From positions 30,194,001-30,258,000 of the forward strand of contig NC_086101.1 in assembly GCF_963921235.1 (NCBI RefSeq): 64,000 nt of DNA, in the 5' to 3' direction. The position numbers and the translations under genes are program-made. This DNA comes from Mobula hypostoma (taxonomy: Eukaryota). Positions 12,507 through 24,900 of the stretch are shown piece after piece. Below the pieces are notes generated by a model, which made no database searches, had not been told where the DNA came from, and saw only the letters and a list, made by a program, of their open reading frames with translations. Numbering within the stretch: position 1 is the first letter of the stretch; each line of letters opens with the position of its first letter.

Positions 12507-12524
12507 TGGGGGCTCATCTGGGAC
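12507..12524 (+). promoter_or_regulatory. primer-binding site, tRNA-Pro type
   Basis: tgggggctcatctgggac vs canonical tRNA-Pro PBS TGGGGGCTCGTCCGGGAT (3 mismatches), 3 nt after the LTR end. Confidence 0.75.
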
Positions 12525-13039
12525 CGATTATGTTGGATGCAGTGTCATTGCCCTGAGCATTGATCAAGTGGGCTGTGTGTTTAAGTCTGTGTTAAACTAT
12601 TGGTCGTTAAAATGATTGCAATGCATGGTTATGGATGCTGCAGTGGTAGAGCGAAGATTAGATAACAGGGCTTGCAAAGGCTTTGTTTTAGTTTGGAATA
12701 GCACTGACATAACAGCAGTAGAACTACTCTGGTACTATTGTGGCCCCGGGAGTGGGTGTGCTATGGGTTGTCCATACTTTCTGGAGGAGGGGAGTGAAGG
12801 AGAGCATATTGAATCGGAATCAGAGTTTCCCACAACTGAGGGCGGAGGCTTTAAAAACAAATTGTTCTTGTTACTGCAAAGCAAGTGGAAGGAGGGTCTA
12901 ATGTGTCTTCTGGAGAGGGCTGAGCATTCTGAGTTGGAAGCGGGCCTCACCTCCCTGGGCAATAAATGGCAAAATGGCCAGGTTCAAAGTTGCAGTTATT
13001 GTAGGCTCAGCCTGTTCTCAGGAATGAAGCCCACTCCTA

Positions 13040-13260
13040 AAGGGGAAAAGGATGTATGATCAAAAAGTTTGGTTCTCCCACCTCATGCCTGGAGACCGAA
13101 TCAAATCTGAGGCAAACTGGGAAGCATAAGTTGGCTGCCTGCTGGGTGGCTATGCCTTATGTATTGGAGAATCAGATGCCAAATGTGTCAGTTTTCTGGG
13201 TGAAACCAAAGGATGGGAATTGGCCTGTTAAAATTCGCCATCGGAGCCACCTTCTAAACC
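13040..13260 (+). pseudogene. Gypsy integrase C-terminal (GPY/F-type) relic
   Basis: Frameshifted KRMYDQKVWFSQ/LMPGDRI.../GKHKLAACWVAMPYVLENQMPNVSVFWVKPKDGNWPVKIRHRSHLL. Confidence 0.75.
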
Positions 13261-13886
13261 AAAGCTTGACCTGGACCCTACACGTAGTAAGAGTACTCTG
13301 CAGCTACATGGAGACACTGTAGGATCAGCAGCAGGAAGAATCCAGCCCCTGAATGGGATGTGGATTGGGAGGATGAGAAAATTAGGGTGTGGTATATGCT
13401 TCCTTTTGCTAACTCTTGACTAATCAAGAAAGAGTTTCCAAACCTTTCTCCTGCTGAGGCAGGTGAAATCAGGGATCTCTCTGTGGGCAGGCAGGTTTGC
13501 AGCTGGAACCTGGAGGGGGACTGGGCTCTAACGTAAACGGGAATGAAGCTGATCTCAGCCAAGTGGCAGACGAACCTGAGTTGCCAGATGGCACGAGTAA
13601 TAGACGGGATGCATTGCCATGTAGACCATAAGTATCCCAAGGAATGTCTGAAACTGAAGTTGTAGACGATGGGTTATGGAGGTCACAAGGATTCAGGAAA
13701 CTCCCACATAGGCTGGCCTATGTAGTACCGGTGGAACAGAGAATTGTGACTACCCTCCTAGCGAGATATGTCACTACAATTTACAAATGGATTGGAGGTT
13801 CTGACATCACAAAATTCCTTTGAAAATGCCGTTATCAAAGAATGGATGACAAATTATTTCAAAATCATTCAGACCTGACTGTTTGT

Positions 13887-13899
13887 GGTGGGGGAAGAG
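13887..13899 (+). promoter_or_regulatory. polypurine tract
   Basis: ggtgggggaagag immediately before the 3' LTR TG. Confidence 0.75.
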
Positions 13900-14535
13900 T
13901 GTAGTGCCCTGCTTCTCAACTTTACTGTTATGCTGCATCTATTTCATTTAGCAGCTCTGTAAGAGCTGTTTCTTCTGCTTTCAAACTCTTTGAGTTACTG
14001 TTGAAGATAAGGGATGAGGTGGAATGTGTGCCATCTGAATAGTGGGATATTCTTTCTTGGTGAGGGACAGTAAGGTTGGTCTTGGGCTTTAGTTCGAGAA
14101 GAGATGAAGAGAGAAGACGCAGGGGAGAATCAGTCAGGGCATACAATCCGTTGGGAGACCCATTTGTTCAAGATTGATTGTGAGCAATGTTTGGAAGGTG
14201 GTGTGTGCTTTCACATATTACCGAAGGCACAGCGCATGAGTGACAGAAGATCAAGATGAGCTCCAACTTGTGCACATTTGACTGTTTAATTAGAATGAGA
14301 TCTTCTCTTTTCATTATTCTTTACTAACCCAACAGTTAAGATCCATAAATATAATTCCTTTAATCAGTGCACTGTTTGTTATTTTGTGGCATTAATTGGT
14401 AGCAAATTGCACACCATCTGCACTCACAGGGGGTGTGTGGGAGTGGTGGGGAGCTTGTGCATTAATCTCACATGTTGGTGGGGCCGGAGGTTGTCCTGCC
14501 AGGACTTACACAGTCGACAAAACAAGAGTGTTTCA
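13900..14535 (+). repeat. 3' LTR
   Basis: Starts tgtagtgccct, ends agtgtttca followed by TSD gtac. Confidence 0.85.
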
Positions 14536-17446
14536 GTACCAAGGCTAAAACATTCTGATTATTGGTGCTGTTCTTGTGATTCCCCTTTCTGTAGAATATA
14601 CCTTGAGATTACAACTCTGAGCATGAATATTTTGAATAAAAAAGGCATTAAGCTGTATTTTCCAAAAGGTCTACTTGCATTTGTTATAGTGGATCAATTT
14701 CACATGTGGAAACAGAATATATTGTCAATTAATATGTAGAAGTCGACAATGTTTGACTGTTTGGTAAAAATCTGTGTTTGAATTTCTTAGCAAAAGTATG
14801 AATTATAGATGCTGCTACAAAATTGTTCTCATTCTTCATAGTTACTGTGGGGGCAAAACAATCACTGATGAATTAGCAGTCAAACAAACACAACAGAAAT
14901 GTCAATAGATTTATTCTTAGGGAGAAAATATGTCTTTCTGACTCAGAACTACTGACTACTGCCTTTAGATTATGAATTCTGGGCTGTAAGGTGCCCCGAT
15001 ATCCTAACTGCATCTAGTTTATTCAGCTCTTAGAATTTTGTGGATCTTTTATCAGATCTAATCTTCTTCAAGTATGTCTCAAATATAGTATAACCCTAAT
15101 TTAGCTCATCTCCCTTCAATCCTTCCAGCCCATGTATCTAATAAGCCTTCATTTCACGTGTTGCATAGTAAGGTAGTCTTTCTGCAAATTTGGAAACCAA
15201 GCTTGCAAACAACATTCAAGGCATAACTCAGCATCGGCAAACATCTGCAGAAAGGTATTACTCTTCCAGGGCTTGAATTTTGCTATGAAGACCCATTGCC
15301 TCAGCATGCACATTTTCCATGAATTGTGGACATTCATTTTTTGTGAGTTTGTTTTAGTTCAGTTAATAATGTGACCAGCTGTTAATGCAACTAAATTGGA
15401 TAGTTTCATACTTTTCCAAGTTATACAGCATTTTCACTGTCCTGCTACCTGCTGAGTTTTTCAAGCATTTGTATGTGTTACAGTGATCATATGCATCTAC
15501 TTAAATCATTTTAAGCTTTTGTGGAGCGGGTGAGGGCTAATAGTCATGAGGAAAAAGAGTAACACAAGAATAATAACGAGGAGTAACATTTCCATGCAGT
15601 GTGTTATGGTAACTTGGAAGGTACTGCTTGTAGTTGTGGTGGATGGTGTATCATTGTGTTCTTTAAAGGAAAATTAGTTGAACGTAGTGTAAGAAAAGAA
15701 ATGCAGGATTATGGTGATGGGCCAAACGGTGGAATTGGTGAGATGCTCCAGAAGAGAGCAGGCAGAGACTTGTTAGGTTGAACGGCCTCTGCTTGTGTCA
15801 CAGGAGTCCTGTTGTTATTATTATTTAGTACCTGACATTCATCATAATTTATAATCAAAGATAAATTGAAGCAGGAATTCTTGTACATAGTTACAGCTCA
15901 AAAATGCTTCATAATAAGTAGTTGTTGAGAATTTCTGCATCATATTATCTGGGGCAAAGTTAGTGCCAAACTTTATGGTGCTAATTTCTTAAAATAAATA
16001 CAAGAAAAACTGTTTACATAAATGTATGAAAAATTCATAAGCCAGAGAGTCTGGACAGTTTTATCATGTAAGCTGCAGTCCAGAGTGGTATTTTGGTGGT
16101 AATGACCATGATTTGGCATAAAAAGGACAAAAATACATGAATAATTAGATTTTCAGTTTAGAAGTGACAAGACAAAGGCCACAATGTAATTTAGTAATAT
16201 TGGAATGGAAATTTTACTTCATGGAGTTAGAGCATGTGAAGCAGTGAGTAGTATTTGTTCCACTGCAATGGAATCAGAATAGGGTTGAAGCAAGAAATGA
16301 CCAGAGAACACTTGATTACATTAAACTAAACAATGTTTTCCTGCAATTGCACTTAAAAGAGAAATAATTAGCTAAATAAATATAAGAACACTCCAATAAT
16401 CTAATATACATACATCTGGACATCTCAATTATTTGGATTTTGTGCAGTAGGTTGTTTTTTGAATATACTTTAAATTCACCGATTTCTCTTAACCCACTGT
16501 CTTTGAACTCTATGATCCGTATTCCTGTGCTATCATGATCTCAACAATGCTTCATTTCCCATTCTTTCTTTAAACTAGCCCCCACTCTCCTCTGGTTCAC
16601 TGGAAAATTTATTATAATATCATGTAAAATCACAAAAAGGGAAAAAAAATAGAAGTATGCTGTGGCTTAGAGAATCTGTGTTGCTCCACATGTGTCCTGG
16701 AGTACCAAAATATCAGAGCAGTGTGCTTCACGTACATGCTCAGTCTCTGCTATTTCTGTCTCTCAACTAAATGTTCATGAATGAATGACCTCAGTCTTTC
16801 TGTTTTCTGGCTGATGGAAATAGCTTCCTTTCCATATGATGAACTTTGGCCATTTGCTTTGAAATTTACCACTCTGAACAATCGCACCTGTTGGATTTCC
16901 TCCAAATTGACATCCTGATTTAGAGATATATTGTTCATCCCATTTTGTATGAAACTTCTTCAAAACCTTTTGAGTTCCTTCACCAGAACTTCCCTGAGGT
17001 TCTATCATGAAGCCTGTGACCCCTTTATTAAAGCCAACAGGGAAAGGGCAATATATTCTTGTACACTTAATGCAAAGCAAAATAAAACTGCTGTTTGTAG
17101 AGACAGTTTATGTGGCCAATCACTTATGCAACTATATAGATTACTTAAATAAGCCAGGAAGTCAGGTAACACATAGGCCTGGTATAGGAAACAGAGAGTA
17201 TCAGCACAGGTGAAGGCAAAAGCAAAGGTGGATATCAATTTGTTCATGCCAGCAAGCCTAACTTGTGAAATGATCTATTGGTTTATACATGGTTACAACT
17301 TTTAATGTATTTTGTTACAGAAGGTGTGGTAACAATTAATATGATTCTGGAAATAGATCTGTGTATTGAAAAGAAACAGTTTGCACTGTGAAATTAACCA
17401 ATAATCCAATTTCCTATGGTTCAAATAAACACAGGATTAAAATAAA

Positions 17447-18662
17447 ATAGAACATAGAACAGTACAGCTTCTCCGGGTTGAACTCCATCTGCCACTTCTC
17501 AGCCCACTTCTGCATCCTATCAGTGTCTCTCTGCAATTTCCGACAATCATCTACACAATGCCCTTCAGCCCACAATGTTGTGCCGACCCTCAAACCCTGC
17601 CTCCCATATAACCTCCCCCACCTTAAATTCCTCCATATACCTGTCTAGTAGTCTCTTGAACTTCACTAGTGTACCTGCCTCCACCACTGACTCAGGCAGT
17701 GCATTCCACGCACCAACCACTCTGAGTAAAAAAAAAAAAAAAAACCTTCCTCTAATATCCTCCTTGAACTTCCCACCCCTTAAAGCCATGTCCTCTTGTG
17801 TTGAGCAGTGGTGCCCTGGAGAAGAGCTGGCTATCCACTCTATCTGTTCCTCTTAGTATCTTGTACACCTCTATCATGTCTCCACTCATCTTCCTTCTCT
17901 CCAAAGAGTAAAGCCCTAACTCCCCCTTAATCTCCGATCATAATCCATACTCTCTAAACCAGGCAGCGTCCCGGTAAATCTCCTCTGTACCCTTTCCAAT
18001 GCTTCCACATCCTTCCTATAGTGAGGTGACCAGACCTGGACACAGCACTCAGAGTGTGACCTAACCAGAGTTTTATAGAGCTGCATCATTACCTTGCAAC
18101 TCTTAAACTCTATCCTTCGACTTATGAAAGCTAACACCCCATAATCTTTCTTAACTACCCTATCTACCTGTGAGGAAACTTTCGGGGATCTGTTGATATG
18201 TACCCCTAGATCCTTCTGCTCCTCCACACTACCAAGTATCCTGCCATTTACTCTGTACTCTGCCTTGGAGTTTGTCCTTCCAAAGTGTACCACCTCACGC
18301 TTCTCCGGGTTGAACTCCATCTGCCACTTCTCAGCCCACTTCTGCATCCTATCAGTGTCTCTCTGCAATCTCCGACAATCATCTACACTATCTACAACAC
18401 CACCAATCTTTGTGTCATCTGCAACCTTGCCAACCCACCCTTCTACCCCCACATTAGGTCGTTAATAAAAATCACAAATAGTAGATGTCCCAGAACAGAT
18501 CCTTGTGGGACACCACTAGTCACAATCCTCCAATCTGAATGTAGTCCCTCCACCATGACCCTCTGCCTTCTGCAGGCAAGCCAATTCTGAATCCACCTGG
18601 CCAAACTTCCCTGGATCCCATGCCTTCTGTCTTCCTGAAAAAGCCTGCCATGTGGAACCCTG
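17447..18662 (-). mobile_element. CR1 LINE 3' part
   Basis: ORFs 17916-18452 (KVADDTKIGGVVDS...RFTGTL) and 17565-17789; atagaacatagaac tail. Confidence 0.88.
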
Positions 18663-19176
18663 ACAAAATAAACTGACAGTTCTTTTATTTAAATAAGAAG
18701 ATGGAAGATTGATTTTCTATGGTCTATACAAAGGCTCTAGCAAAGATACTTTATAAACTGGATTGACACCAGCTTGAGGTTGTAATAGTGTTCATCATTT
18801 AATTTGTTTAACCCTTTATCACGATGGTCTTAGTTGAGAAGAGAAAGAGAACAGGAGTGGGAGCAGGATAAATGGCAATACTGGAGGAAATAAGCAGTCC
18901 AGGCAGCATCTATGGGAAAAAATACAGTCGACTATTCTGGCCGAGACCCTTTGGCAGCATCCTTTACTTTATTTTTGTGACAGGATAGATGGAAAATTTT
19001 TTCAGTTGTGTTTGACTGTTTTAAGTGTGTGACGTCAGTAACAACAGAGTAAGCATAATGAAAATATTAACGTCGTTTAAATAAGGTCAACTTTGATAGC
19101 ATGAAATTTGCGATGCCCATTGCTATAGTCCCTATGGATGGGATTTCAACATGAAATAATGCGCTGATAATGACTT

Positions 19177-19445
19177 CACGTGGCCAGCTGGCAAAGGTGT
19201 CGGTCTAGTGATCTGACGGTCGCTAGTTCAAGCCTCAGCTGAGGCAGCATGTTGTATCCTTGAGCAAGGCAGTTAACCACACATTGCTCTGCAATGACAC
19301 CGGTGCCAAGCTGTATCGACTCCAGTGCCCTTCCCTTGGACAACATCGGTGGCGGGGAGAGGGGAGACTCGCAGCATAGGCAACTGCCGGGGAAACCTTC
19401 GAAGGCGCAAATCTATGGTCTCATGAGACTAACGGATGCCTATTT
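19177..19445 (+). mobile_element. tRNA-derived SINE (V-SINE-like)
   Basis: Pol III A-box-like tggccagctgg, B-box-like agttcaagcc, central tgtatccttgagcaaggcagttaacc. Confidence 0.7.
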
Positions 19446-19689
19446 AACTACTTCTGAAATGCCCTACAGATAATTTTAAAAAGTCCCAATTCAGTATCTG
19501 TATTAGCTTTGTTGAAACAATTTCATTATGAACACGTGAGAAAGAATTTGTACTGAAATATCATTAATGAGACTCGATCTCAAATTTGAAGATGGATTAC
19601 GTTCTACTTCAACTTCATTCCCACGATTTAATAAAAATAAATTGAAGGGGTTTATAATAGCTTTCACTAATGTCTTTTTTTCTCAATTT

Positions 19690-21251
19690 AACCCGAGCCA
19701 TCACTTAAGTAAATCCGTACACGAACTGAGACACTGAAGCATATACACAATGTGTTCCATGATATCGATTGAATCATTACAATCTGTGAGCGTACACTAA
19801 ATCTCTGGAAATTCTGCATAGATGTTACCAGCCAAAACAGAGTAAAACAGCTAGCGATAGAGACAAGTAATATGATCGAATTCCTGCGGTTTACATGCTG
19901 TGGACCATTGCAAGCTTCCCAAATTCCGTCTCCCCATGTCACTTCCTGATCTTATTGCCCCATAATATATGCTGGATGGTCAGAGCATTAAAGAGCACAG
20001 CCAATGAAAATGGCTCAAAAGTTGTTAAGGCGATGTCTAAAAGAAAGTATGCAATTTATGTTGGCAAACTATACGGATGAGACCACATTGCAAAACCAGA
20101 CAACATTGCGAATTAGTTCCCAAGTGTTCATTTTCAAAGTTAATTGGCATATTTTGTACGAAACTAAATCCAACTTTAATTATTATAACCACAGCTGCAG
20201 TTTCCTCAGCGTAATACTGTAAAGTGTTCTCAGGTTCTGTCAACAAATGGCATCAATCGATCACATGGAGCAATCTAAGGCTGAAAAATAGAGTGATCTT
20301 GAGGCTGCACATGGAAAACACACTATTTGTTGTGTATTTAATATTTTAGTTATTCTTGCGTAATCTCGAGTATATCATGGTGGATTAAGTTTTCCTGTTC
20401 GTTTAAATAATTCATTATGGATTATATGTATAAATACATTAATTGCATACGTCATCACGCTATTACCGGATATACGAGGGAACCACTTAAAGACGAAGTT
20501 GCACCCTCTTTTTTCGTACTCCTTTGTCTTCCTTTGAATTAGTTTAATGTTTTGAACTACAAAACATAACATCATTCACCTCATATAATATTACATCGTG
20601 TTGTTATCACCAGTCGATCTTCCACAGCCATTGCAACTGTAATGCCCTGGTTCATATTTCGTTACTGTTATGCTGCTCTGTATTTAATTTGTGCTGTTCA
20701 GTGCAAGCTGCTTGTTTGGGTTACTGTTGAAGATAAGAGATAGAAGAATTTAAGGTTGGTTTTGGGGCTTTTGTTATGGAGATGAAGAGAGAAGATGCCT
20801 GGGAGAAGAGGTCGTAGGGTTCGACCCGGAGCGGGGCTGTGATTCGACAAAGCCCGGGCTGAGATTGAAGGAGGATCGGCGAAGTGAAACCGTGAACTCC
20901 AATTTGGACACATTAGACTGTTTCATTAAAATGGGCCCTTTTCTTGTTTTGTTCTTTCGTTACTAAACCTTTAGTCAAATTAAGAAGTATAAAGCTTTTT
21001 TTAAAAAAAAAATTGTGTGGGGTGTACTGTCTGTTATTTTGTGATACTTATCTGTAACGGGGTAAGGAATCAGGCAGCATCCACACGAGCAGGGGTTTCT
21101 GGGGTGGGCTCGTGCCTCAATCTTACAGGTTTGGCGGGGCCAGACATTGTGTTCCCCAGATTTGCACAGCCGACGGAACCAGGGTGTTTCACAACCATAT
21201 AACGAGTGACTGCGCTTCCCACAAGAGGGAATAACAATTGCCGAAGGCTAT
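19690..21251 (-). pseudogene. GPR139-like class A GPCR exon-2 pseudogene, split by a solo LTR
   Basis: Minus-strand relics in order: acceptor ttttctgcatttacag, AIVI..CGKRS, VAMAVEDRLVI, LDCSM*, DAIC*QNLRT, YYAEETAAVVI, QNMP, WFCNV, LFNALTIQHIL, NRRNSIILLVSIASCFTLFWLV; matches the intact paralogues. Confidence 0.85.
20638..21191 (+). mobile_element. solo LTR of the 11857-14535 Gypsy family
   Basis: tgtaatgccct...gtgtttca, 4-bp TSD CAAC (20634-20637 and 21192-21195); shares internal blocks (gaagagagaagatgc, ctccaa, gcagcatccacac). Confidence 0.85.
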
Positions 21252-21911
21252 CTGTAAATGCAGAAAATCATAAATTGACTGTTTGAATACACAAGAATAA
21301 ATACCTCAGAGAAACCTTCGTTTAAAGCTTTTAGTCTAAGCCCCTCATACTTCGTTTAACATTCTTTTATTTGTATAAGGGAAGAAATTCATTTATGTCA
21401 AAAGTGGATTCAACGATTGTCAGCGGCCAATTTCACTTGGCGGTCCCTTTAATTTGCATGAAGATAAATCCATGTATCAAACTCAGGCAATATTGCCAAA
21501 TAATCAGCATTCTCGCAGGCGATTCAATGATCTGCCATCTTATTGAGGATTGGCTGCTAATTTATAATCATGACTTTAGAAAAGTATAAAGTACAGTATT
21601 GCGACGTTAACATCAACTTCTCTGGAACACTTCCCGAACATCACTTCGTTTGTTAGAATTAATAGCCAACTGCCTGTTATTTTTAATGAAACGAAAATAC
21701 TCTTCCTGTTGCAAATGCTCTTGTTCAGTACCGCAGTTCGAGGTTAAAACTACCCAGATGGTTCAAAATGCGCAAAAATCGAGCAATAAAACTTCTACTA
21801 AATCAGTAAACGAGGAAGCAACATTGTGAACAAGCTCTCTGGTTGCCTGACTGTGACGAGTTATATTCCTCAGAGCTTGGTGTATGTACAGACCGCTTCT
21901 TTTCACGTAAT

Positions 21912-24900
21912 ATGTCTCCAAGCCTCCCGGACGTCCACATCTGCGCCAGGTGCGCCGAGATGCAACTCCTAAGGGATCGCGTTAGGGAACTGCAGCTGCA
22001 GCTCGATGACCTTCGTCTGGTCAGGAAGAGTGAGGAGTTGATAGAGAGGAGTTACAGGCAGGTGGTCACTCCGGGGCCACGGCAGGTAGACAAGTGGGTC
22101 ACGGTTAGGAGGGGGAAGGGGAAGAGTCAGGTAATAGAGAGTACCCCGGTGGCTGGCCCCCTGACAATAGGTACTCCTGTTTGAGTACTGTTGGGAGGGG
22201 CGGCTTACCTGGGGCAAGCGACAGTGGCCGTGCCTCCTGCACAGAGTCCGGCCCTGAGCTCAGAAAGGTAGGGAAAGGAAGAGGAGGGCAGTTGTAATAG
22301 GGGACTCGATAGTAAGGGGGTCAGATAGGCGATTCTGTGGACGCGATCCAGAGACCCGTATGGTAGTTTGCCTCCATGATGCCAGGGTCCGGGATATTTC
22401 TGATCGCGACCAAGATATCCTGAAGTGGGAGGGTGAGGAGCCAGAGGTCGTGGTACATATAGGTAACAATGACATAGGTAGGAAAAGGGAAGAGGTCCTG
22501 AAAGGAGAATACAGGGAGTTAGGAAGGGAGTTGACAAAACGGACCGCAAAATTAGTAATCTCGGGATTACTGCCTGTGCCACGCGACAGTGAGAGTAGGA
22601 ATGCAACGAGGTGAAGGATAAATGTGTGGCTGAGGGATTGGAGCAGGGGGCAAGGATTCAAGTTTTTGGATCATTGGGATCTCTTTTGGTGCAGGTGTGA
22701 CCTGTACAAAAAGGACGGGTTACACTTGAATCCTAGGGGACCAATATCCTGGCGGGGAGATTTGCGAGGGCTACTGAGGTGACTTTAAAATAGAATGGTT
22801 GGGGGGTGGGAATCAAATTAAAGAGGCTAGGAAAGAGGAGGTTAGTTCACAACAGGGGAATGGGAACAAGTGCAGAGAGATAGAGGGGTGTAAAATGAGG
22901 GTAGAAGCAAAAAGTAGTAAGGTGAAAAGTAAAAGTGGCAGGCCGGCAAATCAAGGGCAAATATCAAAAAAGGCCACTTTTCAACATAATTGTATAAGGG
23001 CTAAGAGTGTTGTAAAAGCGAGCCTGAAGGTTTTGTGTGTCAATGCAAGGAACATTTGTAACAAGGTGGATGAATTAAAAGTGCAGATTGTTATTAATGA
23101 ATATGATATAGTTGGGATCACAGAGACATGGCTCCAGGGTGACCAAGGATGGGAGCTCAACATTCAGGGATATTCAATATTCAGGAGGGATAGACAAGAA
23201 AGAAAAGGAGGTGGGGTAGCATTGCTGGTTAGAGAGGAGATTAACATAATAGAAAGGAAAGACATTAGCCGGGAGGATATGGAATTGATATGGGTAGAGC
23301 TGCATAACACTAAGGGGCAGAAAACTCTGGTGGGAGTTGTGTACAGGCCACCTAACAGTAGTAGTGAGGTTGGGGGTGGTATTAAACAGGAAATTAGAAA
23401 TGCGTGCAATAAAGGAACAGCAGTCATAATGGGTGACTTCAATCTCCATATAGATTGGGTGAACCAAATTGGTAAGGGTCCTGAGGAAGAGGATTTCCTG
23501 GAATGTATGTGGGATGGTTTTTTGAACCAACATGTTGAGGAACCAACTAGAGAGCAGGCCATTCCAGACTGGGTATTGAGCAATGAGGAAGGGTTAATTA
23601 GCAATCTTGTCGTGAGAGGCCTCTTGGGTAAGAGTGACCATAATATGATGGAATTCTTTATTAAGATGGAGAATGACATCATTAATTCAGAAACAAAAGT
23701 TCTGAACTTAAAGAAGGGTAACTTTGAAGGTATGAGACGTGAATTAGCTAAGATAGACCGGCAAATGACACTTAAAGGGTTGACGGTGGATATGCAATGG
23801 CAAGCATTTAAAGATCGCATGGATGAACTACAACAATTATTTATCCCAGTTTGGCAAAAGAATAAATCAGTGAAGGTAGTGCACCCGTGGCTGAGAAGGG
23901 AAATTAGAGATAGTATCAATTCCAAAGAAGAAGCATACAAATTAGCCAGAAAAAGTGGCTCACCTGAGGACTGGGAGTAATTCAGAGTCCAGCAGAGGAG
24001 GACAAAGGGCTTAATTAGGAAAGGGAAAAAGGATTATGACAGAAAACTGGCAGGGAACATAAAAACTGACTGTAAAAGCTTTTATAGATATGTGAAAAGA
24101 AAAAGATTGGTTAAGACAAATGTAGCTCCCCAAAAGACAGGAACAGGTGAATTGATTATGGGGAGCAGGGACATGGCAGACCAATTGAATAATTACTTTG
24201 GTTCTGTCTTCAATAAGGAGGACATAAACAATCTTCCGGAAATAGTAGGGGACAGAGGGTCCAGTGAGATGGAGGAACTGAGGGAACTACATTTAGTAGG
24301 TAAGTGGTGTTAGGAAAATTGAAGGGATTAAAGGCAGATAAATCCCCAAGGCCAGATGGTCTGCATCCCAGAGTGTTTAAGGAGGTAGCCCAAGAAATAG
24401 TGGATGTATTAGTGATAATTTTTCAAAACTCTGTAGATTCTGGACTAGTTCCTAAGGATTGGACGGTGGCTGATGTAACCCCACTTTTTAAAAAAGGAGG
24501 GAGAGAGAAACCGGAGAATTATAGACTGGTTAGCCTAACATCGGTGGTGGGGAAAATGCTAGCGTCAGTTATCAAAGATGTGATAACAGCACATTTGGAA
24601 AGCGGTGAAATCATCGGACAAAGTCAGCATGGATTTGTGAAAGGAAAAACATGTCTGACGAATCTCATAGAATTTTTTGAGGATGTAACTAGTAGAGTGG
24701 ATAGGGGAGAACCAGTGGATGTGTTATATTTGGATTTTCAAAAGGCTTTTGACAAGGTCCCACACAGGAGATTAGTGTGCAAACTTAAAGCACACGGTAT
24801 TGGAGGTAAGGTATTGATGTGGATAGAGAATTGGTTGGCAGACAGGAAGCAAAGGGTGGGAATAAAAGGGACCTTTTCAGAATGGCAGGCAGTGACTAGT

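Larger units (their letters stand above)
11857..14535 (+). mobile_element. internally deleted Ty3/Gypsy LTR retrotransposon
   Basis: TG..CA LTRs 11857-12503 and 13900-14535; 4-bp TSD GTAC (11853-11856 and 14536-14539); PBS, PPT and integrase C-terminal relic inside. Confidence 0.88.

Noticed and set aside
12616-13059. 147-aa ORF as a host gene
   Set aside because: Lies inside the Gypsy internal region; degenerate retroelement sequence
16746-17060. Minus-strand frame with protein-like composition (EYIALSLLALIKGSQAS**NLREVLVKEL...EEIQQVRLFRVVNF)
   Set aside because: Three stops, no family I can recognise, no convincing exon pair; a tblastx search could revisit it
19030-19037. Perfect CRE site TGACGTCA at the CpG boundary (another at 3305-3312)
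   Set aside because: Two 8-mer hits in 64 kb is near chance; no promoter evidence
19177-19250. tRNA gene (also at 57080-57152)
   Set aside because: tRNA-like head continues into SINE core and tail; no complete cloverleaf or terminator
21480-21540. Possible exon 1 of the minus-strand GPCR pseudogene (MADH*IACENADYLAILP)
   Set aside because: Weak similarity, no GT donor, and the implied intron is far shorter than in paralogues
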